Below are positions 9,568 through 17,906 of a DNA stretch of 64,000 bases, in pieces (positions within the stretch are counted from its first letter, which is position 1; each line of letters begins with the position of its first letter). The notes beneath the pieces were generated by a model. That model made no database searches. It was given only the letters and a program-made list of their open reading frames with translations, and had not been told where the DNA came from. Origin of the DNA: Myxococcota bacterium. Its GTDB lineage: Bacteria > Myxococcota_A > Bradymonadia > UBA7976 > UBA1532. The stretch spans positions 32,001 through 96,000 of the forward strand of contig JAYZEG010000041.1 of NCBI GenBank assembly GCA_036337435.1, written 5' to 3'. A program made the translations under genes and the position numbers.

Positions 9568-9696
9568 GGTGCTTTCTCCTTAATCTGCTCATACAGCATC
9601 TCTGTACCAAGAAAAGCATGCAAGCGGATTCACCCATCGCGTCCATATCGAGCATCCGGTCGCCCTACTCGAGATAAGAAAAATAAAAAAAACACA

Positions 9697-9719
9697 AGAA
9701 TCATTCGACGAATGAGTCT
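9697..9719. promoter_or_regulatory. Palindromic candidate operator between the divergent SDR and rpmB genes
   Basis: Perfect 7-1-7 inverted repeat TCATTCG-A-CGAATGA at 9701-9715, extended by AGA/TCT, in an AT-rich intergenic stretch. Confidence 0.4.
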
Positions 9720-9827
9720 AAATCGTGTAGATAACCGCACTCTCTTCAATCGTCGTGTACTGTTCAGTCGATCGAATGAGAATTGTCTTTTTAGTCAAAT
9801 TTGTTGCTCGAAATGGAGGACCGACCT

Positions 9828-10106
9828 ATGTCCCGCCGATGTGAGCTTACGGGCAAAGGCCCGATAGTGAAAAACAAAGTGAGCCACTCCAACGTCAAAA
9901 CAAAGACGTGGATGACTCCAAACATTCAGAAACGTCGTCTTTTTAGCGATGCCTTGGATTCGTATGTGACCTTGCGCATTGCCGCACGGACAGTTCGATC
10001 GATCGAACACGTTGGTGGCTTTGACAAATTTATTCTGTCTCAGGACTCAAATACATTGTCGAAGCGCGCTCGCGCAGTACAGACTCGAATCCGAAAAACT
10101 CGCTAA
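9828..10106 (+). CDS. rpmB: 50S ribosomal protein L28
   Basis: MSRRCELTGK..N.VSHSN.KTK..PNIQ; GGAGGA RBS before ATG 9828. Confidence 0.96.
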   Translation: MSRRCELTGKGPIVKNKVSHSNVKTKTWMTPNIQKRRLFSDALDSYVTLRIAARTVRSIEHVGGFDKFILSQDSNTLSKRARAVQTRIRKTR

Positions 10107-10222
10107 TCCCCAGCGTACTGAAGGTGGTTCGTCCACCTCACGTTTCGAACCCGCAAGACGCCAATATGACCGGTAAATAAGCCGGAGCGCTACTGGTCCA
10201 CCCCGAGCCTTTTACGGTTCAA

Positions 10223-10429
10223 CTAATCGTTTGTCTTCCGCCATTTATCCGACCGCAGCACCGCCTTGATCGCGGCCGCGAGATGGTCGACACCTCCGTT
10301 GTGTTCTTTCAACTCTATGAGGTCTTTGCAGGCCGCTTCTCGCCAACGATGATTGCCTTGTGCTTTTAGAGTCTTGACCAGGGCTTCACGCCGAAACGCA
10401 TTTTTTCGCGATGGTTTTTTCTTTGCCAT
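10223..10429 (-). CDS. Small basic hypothetical protein
   Basis: GAGG RBS before MAKKKPSRK; co-oriented with the upstream gene. Confidence 0.55.
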   Translation of the reverse strand: MAKKKPSRKNAFRREALVKTLKAQGNHRWREAACKDLIELKEHNGGVDHLAAAIKAVLRSDKWRKTND

Positions 10430-10498
10430 GACAGCCTCAACGTTGAATGGCTCGGCTCGATCATAGCGAAAAATGTCTGTGAGTGCATGCACGACGAC

Positions 10499-12442
10499 TT
10501 ACTGAGGCACAATCCGAACGGTTGTAAAGCGCTCCCTTTCGGGGCCAAATCGAAGTTTACTGACGAGAACCATCGTGTCCGCCACGCTTGTTTCACCGGC
10601 AAGGCTCAGAACAGCCAAGCGGACCAACGGGGCTGCTCGACTCAGGCGATCGAGGCGCTTATCCAAGGCATCATAGTCGATTCGTCCATCTGCTAAGGGG
10701 GCAATCATCGCTAACTCACCACTTAGTTTTTCGTCATTTCGGCCCAAGATTTCTGCATAAACTCCCAGTTGACCAATGCGAACGGACAAATAGCCGATGG
10801 CGGGAATGTCTCCTTCGCCAGCCGTCAACGGAAATGCACCGAGACGGCCATCGTTCGAGCGCTCAACGACCAAGGAGAATTCAGCGTAGCCGGCAGCAAT
10901 GGCCGACTGACCGATCAGAGCGAGGTTTTTGACCACGTCCGTTGGTTTCAGCGCGACCAGTAAGGTGTCTTTCTCGCCAGGCATCTTGAGTCTGTCGTAG
11001 AGTGGCTTTGACACATATTGTCCGCCCGTCTTCTCGATTCGTTTGTTCAAAGCGAGCGTAGAGGTGAGACCTTTGATCGGTCCGAATGAGCTGTCCATAG
11101 CGCGCTTATTCATGGCGATAAATTGCTCATTTTGTATTGAATCCGCGCGGACCATAGGCAGCGGCCGAATGCCAAGTCGTACAATGGAGGCGTGCAGTTT
11201 CGATGTTTGTTGACGACCTTGCGTCTGCTCTGTAGGGACTTTTTCGCTGGTCAGAATTAACGCAATACCGGCGCCCATCGAGATGGCAAGAAAACCAAAG
11301 ATTGAATAATTAAAGATTAAATTCTTTCGTGGTTTTGCTGGTCGACTTGACTCATCGAGACCAGGACCTGGGCTCATTTTCTGTGCTGATTCAACAACAT
11401 CGGCGATCAGATCGTGACCCGATTGAACCTTGGCTTTGTCGAAAGGGTTATTCGTGATTTGTCCACGATGTCCTCCACTCACTTGTCCTTCGCGCTGGTC
11501 TCCGGTCGTTGAATGGGGGTGCTTTGCCACTGGTGTCGACGGGCGAGATTGACTGTTGCGTGCCTCTCTAGGCCGATTGATTGGTTTCGGTTTAGCTGCA
11601 TCTAAAGACCGTCGATGAGATGGAATTGACTGAGGCTTCGCTGTCTCTTTGGCCCGACGTTTAGGAGTTCGTTTTCTGGGTGTCGGATCTGGTCCACTGT
11701 CTCGGGTTTCGGATTTTTCCTTCCGATAGAGGTGATCGAATGGTGGAGGTGCTGCGAGCCGACCACCGGTCTTTGGTCTCGCACTCAATGCAACAGCCTT
11801 CGTTTTCATATCCGACATGTCATCGTCGTGTGAATGAAGGTCTCGGCCGGGCGAGGTTGAATGGAGAGGGTTTGTCGTTTCCGCCGTTGACCACACATCA
11901 TCGCTCTCATTGGACAGATGTGTCTCGAGCTGTTTGGGTTTTCTCTGCTCGTCGACCCATTCATCATGGGTCTGAACTCGGGTTGCATCGAGATCATCGA
12001 AGAGGTCACCATCATCACCTGGGGTAGAACCGCCACCAAGATTGAGGAGCTGAGTCATCTCCAGATGCTCTGGCCGTTGTACATCATTCGCTGTGCTTTC
12101 TCGCTCTGTAGCCGGGACCGATGAGTGGATGAACTCATCTTGGTCAGCCGCCGACCTATGCTGGCTTCTTCGTCTGGAGCCATGGGCACTCGATTTTGGA
12201 CGTTGACTGGGTACACGCCCTCTTGGTTCATCTAGGTCCGGCAGCGTTGAGATCAGTCGAGTGTGCCCGGAATTGGCCCCATTCGGCTCTGGTCGCGGTG
12301 GCATGGCAGCAGCGAATGTCCGTTTGGGTTTGTATAAAGAAAGTGGCGCATTACATTGAGGGCAAGGGACGAGGCTGTCGATGGCGACCTCAAAAATCAA
12401 TTTACACGTCTTGCATGCCTGGAGATTTTGGCTTTGTTGCAC
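10499..12442 (-). CDS. Zinc-ribbon, disordered linker, single TM and ExbD/TolR-like periplasmic domain(s)
   Basis: CKTC..CPQC at the N-terminus; long low-complexity region; one TM (IFGFLAISMGAGIALIL); C-terminal DYDALDKRL..AVLSLAGETSVADTMVLVSKLR..F resembles ExbD. Confidence 0.65.
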   Translation of the reverse strand: MQQSQNLQACKTCKLIFEVAIDSLVPCPQCNAPLSLYKPKRTFAAAMPPRPEPNGANSGHTRLISTLPDLDEPRGRVPSQRPKSSAHGSRRRSQHRSAADQDEFIHSSVPATERESTANDVQRPEHLEMTQLLNLGGGSTPGDDGDLFDDLDATRVQTHDEWVDEQRKPKQLETHLSNESDDVWSTAETTNPLHSTSPGRDLHSHDDDMSDMKTKAVALSARPKTGGRLAAPPPFDHLYRKEKSETRDSGPDPTPRKRTPKRRAKETAKPQSIPSHRRSLDAAKPKPINRPREARNSQSRPSTPVAKHPHSTTGDQREGQVSGGHRGQITNNPFDKAKVQSGHDLIADVVESAQKMSPGPGLDESSRPAKPRKNLIFNYSIFGFLAISMGAGIALILTSEKVPTEQTQGRQQTSKLHASIVRLGIRPLPMVRADSIQNEQFIAMNKRAMDSSFGPIKGLTSTLALNKRIEKTGGQYVSKPLYDRLKMPGEKDTLLVALKPTDVVKNLALIGQSAIAAGYAEFSLVVERSNDGRLGAFPLTAGEGDIPAIGYLSVRIGQLGVYAEILGRNDEKLSGELAMIAPLADGRIDYDALDKRLDRLSRAAPLVRLAVLSLAGETSVADTMVLVSKLRFGPERERFTTVRIVPQ

Positions 12443-12733
12443 TGATTATCCCAGCTCGTTCGCGTCTATGCAGCCTTGGCACCGCCACTGAACAACATGC
12501 CCTTGGCGAAAAATTGAGTCTTTGTCTGACTCGAGTCTATCAGCGGCAGCAGTCGGCGGCCAATTTTGGCGGCCGGAGTAATGATGCCTTCGCTGTATGC
12601 GAGCGCAGTGAATGACCTGGGCTGTACACCGATTGTAATTAAGTCTCACTCGCGACCTAAGTCAATTCATGATAACCAAAAAAACAGCGTTTGTCGGATA
12701 CATTCGCTTTAATCGTGACTGGGAGGGACCAGG

Positions 12734-14056
12734 GTGTCAGACGTGGATCGCCATCACTACATAGGCCTGGTTTTGGGTGGGCAATATGAGGTCGTAAAAC
12801 CCATTGGAGCTGGTGGCATGGGTCAGGTCTATCAGGGACGTCAGCTGAGCACGGATGGTCGAGTGGCCATAAAGCTCATGTCGACCCAGGACCGAACGAA
12901 AAAAACCATTGAACGATTCAAATATGAGGCTGAAACTACGGCGCAATTGACTCATCCAAATACAGTGAGGATTCTTGATTTTGGCTCAGATAAAGATATT
13001 TTTTATCTTGTCATGGAGTACTTATCGGGGACTGATTTGACTCGCTTCCTGAGACCCGATGGCCAATCGGATGCATTTGTAAGTCACGTCCTATTTCAGG
13101 TTGTGTGCAGTTTATCCGAAGCCCATAGTCGGGGCGTTGTCCATCGCGATATCAAGCCCAATAACATTATGCTCCTTCATCACGTTGGCCATCCGTCTTT
13201 CGTCAAAGTGATTGATTTTGGAATCGCTCGTGCCATTGGTGGTCCCGGTCATGGGACGATGGGGATTCTGGGAACCATTGGCTATATCGCTCCGGAGCAA
13301 GTGGACGGGGAAGCCCAGCCGGATGCGAGAACGGACCTCTACGCTTTGGGATGTGTGGCTTACGAACTGCTCACAGGCCGGCTCCCTTTCGATGGGATTA
13401 CTCATAAAAGTGCGCCCATCGAGGTGCTCGAGGCTCATAAGACAGGTCAACCACGCCACGTGTTGCAAGTTCGTCCTGAGACGGATCCAGAGCTTGCGCC
13501 CTTGATTATGAGTCTACTCGCTCGCGACCCAGATGCGCGACCGCAATCAGTGGGGGAGCTTGTGGTTCCGCTTCACCGGATTCGTTCTCGTTGCTCGGCG
13601 GGCGTCGCCTATGCCATTGACGTTGATCAACCGATCTTTAATGAGCGGAGGGCATTTACCCATGAAGATGTTGTCTACGATGAACAGTTCAGCCAGTCCG
13701 TAGATGACCCGACGTTAGCCGATGGTTTAGGTCGTCTCGGTTTTGTTAGGACGGGGTCGATCGCTCACGACTCAGCCCCCCCTCAAGTCACTGTGACGTC
13801 GGCACCACCGGCCAGTGCGATTCCACCCCCGCCGGCGGCTTTTGACAGACAAGAAACAGGTCTCATCCCGGAGGGATCGATGCGGTCTCAGTCTGACGAC
13901 GATGAGTGGGCCTTGGGCGATGGTACGCCTCTTTTATCGGAGGTTGAAAAGGGGACATCAGACAGCCCACAGTCTAGTTCTAAAGCGGGTCTCGCCTTTC
14001 TGGCCGGCTGTGTCGTGACAGTTCTTGTTTGGCTCTTTCTCGGACGAGGCACGTAG
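12734..14056 (+). CDS. Serine/threonine protein kinase with C-terminal TM
   Basis: GAGGMGQVY, VAIK, HRDIKPNN, DFG and APEQ all intact. Confidence 0.95.
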   Translation: MSDVDRHHYIGLVLGGQYEVVKPIGAGGMGQVYQGRQLSTDGRVAIKLMSTQDRTKKTIERFKYEAETTAQLTHPNTVRILDFGSDKDIFYLVMEYLSGTDLTRFLRPDGQSDAFVSHVLFQVVCSLSEAHSRGVVHRDIKPNNIMLLHHVGHPSFVKVIDFGIARAIGGPGHGTMGILGTIGYIAPEQVDGEAQPDARTDLYALGCVAYELLTGRLPFDGITHKSAPIEVLEAHKTGQPRHVLQVRPETDPELAPLIMSLLARDPDARPQSVGELVVPLHRIRSRCSAGVAYAIDVDQPIFNERRAFTHEDVVYDEQFSQSVDDPTLADGLGRLGFVRTGSIAHDSAPPQVTVTSAPPASAIPPPPAAFDRQETGLIPEGSMRSQSDDDEWALGDGTPLLSEVEKGTSDSPQSSSKAGLAFLAGCVVTVLVWLFLGRGT

Positions 14057-14080
14057 CTGATTTTTGTCTGTCAGCTTTTC
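14055..14080 (+). terminator. Possible weak intrinsic terminator
   Basis: AGCTGA-N10-TCAGCT followed by TTT just after the kinase stop. Confidence 0.25.
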
Positions 14081-14174
14081 GTAAGATTTTGTGGCGTTAT
14101 GACGTTTCGTGTACGATGATGCGCTCACATGGCAACTGGCTTAGGGCCACTGATGCAGATATGGAACTTACCGA

Positions 14175-15044
14175 GTGTATAGTCACAGTCTCTACGTTTT
14201 AACAAACCAGCCCTTCAGCGTGGATCAGGTCGCAGCTCAATTACAGCGTATGCGCTTACACGAGCGGGTGATTCCTCCACCGAGAGAGCACTGGAGCCGC
14301 ATGGCACCCGGGTTCTCGCTTCTTGTTCCCGGTGATGAATCAGCCAAACTTTTCGTGGACTCAGTTTCCGAACCTTGGCCATCGGGTCAGATGCTCGCCC
14401 AACAGCGTTCAATATCGGTGGCTTTTAGAATGGGTTTTTTCGGGCCCTCGATCCGACCAGATTGTTTTCATCGTGCACTTCACAGTGCAGATGAAGAGCT
14501 TCAAGCGCGGTTAATGCACCACACGGGCTTTGTCCGTCTTCGAATGGCTCAGACGAAGAATCTCGATAACGATGCAAAAAGTAAAAGTGCCGAGCGGTTG
14601 CACGCGCTCGCGTACATGTTACGAGCGGCTAATTTTATTTTAGAACACGACGCGGCAGTGGGCCTCTTTGTTCCAACAGCCCAGCAGTTTTTCTCGCCTA
14701 AAGAAAGTTGGCGTCGTTTTGATGCGGCGATGGGCAATTACGACAAGTTGTGGCCCATCTGGGTTAAGACGGCTCTTGAGACCGAGTCATCGGGAAAATC
14801 CTGTCTGGTCAGTTGGGGACTGAATGAACTGGGGACTCAGGATGTGCGACTCTACGATGCGCGCTCAGATGAAGAAGCGATGCGGGCTGCATTCGACCGT
14901 TACGTCATTGCAGGCCTCAGGCACGGGCACCTAGAGACTGATCATCGGACTTTGGCCAGTCTCAATTTATCTCTCGTAAGCGTCGCCAGTGCCCCTGTAG
15001 ATTACGGCATCCCTCGGATTCACCTCCTCACCCAACAAGATTGA
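14175..15044 (+). CDS. Hypothetical protein (possibly DUF4261-related)
   Basis: 289-aa ORF between two kinases; WP..MGFFGP..RA..HTGFVRLR..WGLNELG.QDV pattern. Confidence 0.6.
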   Translation: MYSHSLYVLTNQPFSVDQVAAQLQRMRLHERVIPPPREHWSRMAPGFSLLVPGDESAKLFVDSVSEPWPSGQMLAQQRSISVAFRMGFFGPSIRPDCFHRALHSADEELQARLMHHTGFVRLRMAQTKNLDNDAKSKSAERLHALAYMLRAANFILEHDAAVGLFVPTAQQFFSPKESWRRFDAAMGNYDKLWPIWVKTALETESSGKSCLVSWGLNELGTQDVRLYDARSDEEAMRAAFDRYVIAGLRHGHLETDHRTLASLNLSLVSVASAPVDYGIPRIHLLTQQD

Positions 15045-15119
15045 GTTCGTAAGGCGCCATGGAGTCCTCGGGTTCATTAAATCCTTGTAAAAGTGGATGC
15101 ACACGACCAGCATAGAACA

Positions 15120-16874
15120 ATGAAACGGTACTTCTGTCGGACTTGCGGCCAGACATATGACGCACAACGGGGTGGTCTGCCATGCCCTTCGGACGGCACG
15201 CCGTTGATTGCGCCGGCTGCGGCTGAACTGTGTGCTGAGGCACCTTGGCTCGGACACGCCATCGACGATCGATACAGGCTGTTTGATGTCTTGGGCACCG
15301 GTGGATTCGGCGCGGTCTATCGGGCATACGATGCGGTCTCAGGGATCGACGTCGCCATTAAGGTTGTTGCCGATTCCAGCGAAATGGTTGCGGCCGATGC
15401 GAAAGAGCGCTTTCGACAGGAAGCGCGCCTCCTCGAAAGTCTACAATCAGACCACATCGTCGATGTACTCGGATTTGGTGAATACAAAAACGCCCTTTAT
15501 ATGGTTCTAGAATTAATCCCAGGCAAAACGCTCAAAGAAATGATGGAAGAGTCAGGTGCATTGGATCTTCATACCGCGACTCATATCACGAGCCAAATCC
15601 TCACGGGGTTGTCGACTGCACACGCGCAAGGCTTGGTCCACCGAGATTTAAAGCCAGCCAATATCCTGGTTGATGAAGACGCCAATCATGCCGTCACCTT
15701 AATCGATTTTGGTATCGCGAAAGTCATTGGTGCTCAGGAACGAGAAAGTCCGAAAACCCAAACAGGGATGGTTCTAGGCACCGTGCGCTACATGGCACCC
15801 GAGCAGCTTAAAAAAGACGGTCTAGCCGGTGCTCAGACCGACCTCTACAGCGTGGGTGTCATTTTCTACGAAATGCTGTCTGGACAAAGCCCGTATGCTG
15901 GTTCACAAGCCGAGATAGCGGCCGCGATATTGTATTCGGATTCACCCTCGTTGCTGGACCTGGGTCAAGCACCGGCTCTCAATGCTTGGTTCGGGCGCGT
16001 CATGTCCAAACAGCCCGAACATCGTTATGTCGACGCGCTCACCATGAAAGCGGACCTGATTCATGAAATCTGTGACGAGACCATTACGGAGCAACTGACG
16101 CAAAAATCTGTGCTGGGGGCCGAGTCTCTGACCGGCTCTCTGGACCGTTTTGGTCACGGGTCATCTGTTGATGACAGCGACCCATTCCATCATGACTCGA
16201 GTCGGTTGAATACCGATCACCAAATCGATTCAACCTCCATGAGCGATTACGAAGACACCGTATTGGAACCTGTGGATATCTCGAATTTTATTCAAGCGTC
16301 CGGGACAGAAGGTGGACGTCAACATAAACGACCAGGTCAGCCGACCGCGATCATCTCCGCGTCGACGAGACAGGCACCGAAGGTCGAGACAGCTGATCCG
16401 CAAGACGCCCTAGACGGGACTGACCAGGATGACCTTAAGCCTCCCGCGACCGTTCGAATTCCAGCCAAGGAATCTGAGCGAGTTCGCTCTATTGGGACCG
16501 AAGGCGTGAGTCATCCACGCGAGCAATTGGATAAAACGATCGCGACTGACGCTGCAAGTAACCGTGTTTATCGGTCTCGATTCTGGTGGATGTTACCCAG
16601 CCTAACCCTTCTGGTGTTGTGTGCATTACTGATGTGGTTCCAACTGAAAGCGAGCCGTCCTACGTCGAACCAAACACCGTCGGAGAGACCAACCATAAAC
16701 ACACATCGACAAGCATTGATGCGGGCTTTGGATGGGTGCCAATGTTTGAAAGCGCAGCAGACTCTGGCACTTTTGCGGAAACAATTTCCAACCGCTGGCC
16801 GAGACCTGATAGACCAAGTCAAAAAGTGTCGCCCCGCGGTCGAGGGGCAGTGCCGAAGGGGTACGAAAGAATGA
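15120..16874 (+). CDS. Serine/threonine protein kinase with N-terminal zinc-ribbon-like motif, TM and small Cys-containing external domain
   Basis: CRTC..CPSDG; GTGGFGAVY, VAIK, HRDLKPAN, DFG, YMAPEQ. Confidence 0.95.
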   Translation: MKRYFCRTCGQTYDAQRGGLPCPSDGTPLIAPAAAELCAEAPWLGHAIDDRYRLFDVLGTGGFGAVYRAYDAVSGIDVAIKVVADSSEMVAADAKERFRQEARLLESLQSDHIVDVLGFGEYKNALYMVLELIPGKTLKEMMEESGALDLHTATHITSQILTGLSTAHAQGLVHRDLKPANILVDEDANHAVTLIDFGIAKVIGAQERESPKTQTGMVLGTVRYMAPEQLKKDGLAGAQTDLYSVGVIFYEMLSGQSPYAGSQAEIAAAILYSDSPSLLDLGQAPALNAWFGRVMSKQPEHRYVDALTMKADLIHEICDETITEQLTQKSVLGAESLTGSLDRFGHGSSVDDSDPFHHDSSRLNTDHQIDSTSMSDYEDTVLEPVDISNFIQASGTEGGRQHKRPGQPTAIISASTRQAPKVETADPQDALDGTDQDDLKPPATVRIPAKESERVRSIGTEGVSHPREQLDKTIATDAASNRVYRSRFWWMLPSLTLLVLCALLMWFQLKASRPTSNQTPSERPTINTHRQALMRALDGCQCLKAQQTLALLRKQFPTAGRDLIDQVKKCRPAVEGQCRRGTKE

Positions 16875-17827
16875 CAGTGTACGCTGCCGATCTGAACGCC
16901 ATCAAAGCCGCAGCTAGGCGAATAGAAGGTCACGCAAACACAACGCCGGTTTTGACCTGTCAGACCTTGAATGAAATGACCGGCCGCTCACTCTATTTTA
17001 AATGCGAAAATTTTCAAAAAGTCGGTGCCTTCAAGTTCCGTGGGGCGATGAATGCGACAAGTCGTCAAATTGGGATTCGAAAACCCGATGCATTCGTGAC
17101 GCATAGCAGTGGTAATCATGCGCAAGCCCTGGCTTTGGCTGCGAAGGTTCACGGCATTCCGGCACATATCGTGATGCCAACGAATGCGCCTGAAATCAAA
17201 CGCAAAGCTGTCGAGTCCTACGGTGCGACAATCCATCCGTGCGAACCGAATTTACCGGAGCGGGTTCGTGTTGCAGATGCTGTTTGTCAGCAAACAGATG
17301 GCTTTTTGATTCCACCCTACGACCATGAGGATATCATTGCAGGTCAGGGTACAGTCGGGCTTGAATTGTTTGAACAAGCAGGTCGATTGGACGCCGTCAT
17401 ATGCCCCGTTGGGGGTGGTGGGCTTTTGTCCGGCGTCGCGCTGGCTTACCGGGACCTCGATCCCCTGTGCCACGTTCTTGCAGCAGAACCGTTTGGTGCA
17501 GATGATGCTTTTCAGTCAAAAAAACAAAACCGCCTTGTCCCTCAGACTAGCCCCGATACCATCGCCGATGGTTTACGAACCAGCCTTGGTCATCTCACCT
17601 GGCCCATCGTCAGAGATCTTGTACCTCGAATCTATCGCGTGACAGACAGAGAAACTCGGCAGGCCATGAGATTAATTTGGGAGCGAATGAAGATCATTGT
17701 CGAGCCAAGTGCTGCCATTGTTTTGGCGGCTGTCATGGCTGAAGATTTTGACCCAGAGCGCACGTACGGCCGCATTGGCTTGGTGTTGAGCGGCGGTAAC
17801 CTTGACTTGGATACAGTGTCGTGGTGA
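16871..17827 (+). CDS. PLP-dependent serine racemase / threonine-serine dehydratase family enzyme
   Basis: FKCENFQKVGAFKFRGA, SSGNHAQA, PVGGGGL, EPS, LSGGN; ATGA overlap with the kinase stop. Confidence 0.92.
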   Translation: MTVYAADLNAIKAAARRIEGHANTTPVLTCQTLNEMTGRSLYFKCENFQKVGAFKFRGAMNATSRQIGIRKPDAFVTHSSGNHAQALALAAKVHGIPAHIVMPTNAPEIKRKAVESYGATIHPCEPNLPERVRVADAVCQQTDGFLIPPYDHEDIIAGQGTVGLELFEQAGRLDAVICPVGGGGLLSGVALAYRDLDPLCHVLAAEPFGADDAFQSKKQNRLVPQTSPDTIADGLRTSLGHLTWPIVRDLVPRIYRVTDRETRQAMRLIWERMKIIVEPSAAIVLAAVMAEDFDPERTYGRIGLVLSGGNLDLDTVSW

Positions 17828-17906
17828 CACAGCCATACGATGAGGTTTGTGGGCAGGTCTAGAGACCCGACCCTGCAGGCCGAGTCCCTCGCTCACTGAC
17901 CGTCTT

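Noticed and set aside
10107..10222. Hairpin AGGTGG-TTCGT-CCACCT after rpmB as an ncRNA or terminator
   Set aside because: Short stem with no U-tract and no SRP, 6S or tRNA signature
12443..12733. Small ORFs and a TGGCAC sigma-54-like element in the divergent intergenic region
   Set aside because: No RBS or motif support, and the -12 TTGC element is missing at the required spacing
16586..16870. 95-aa N-terminal extension of the serine racemase/dehydratase in the ORF track
   Set aside because: It overlaps the kinase CDS; the ATGA-coupled start at 16871 gives a normal-length enzyme
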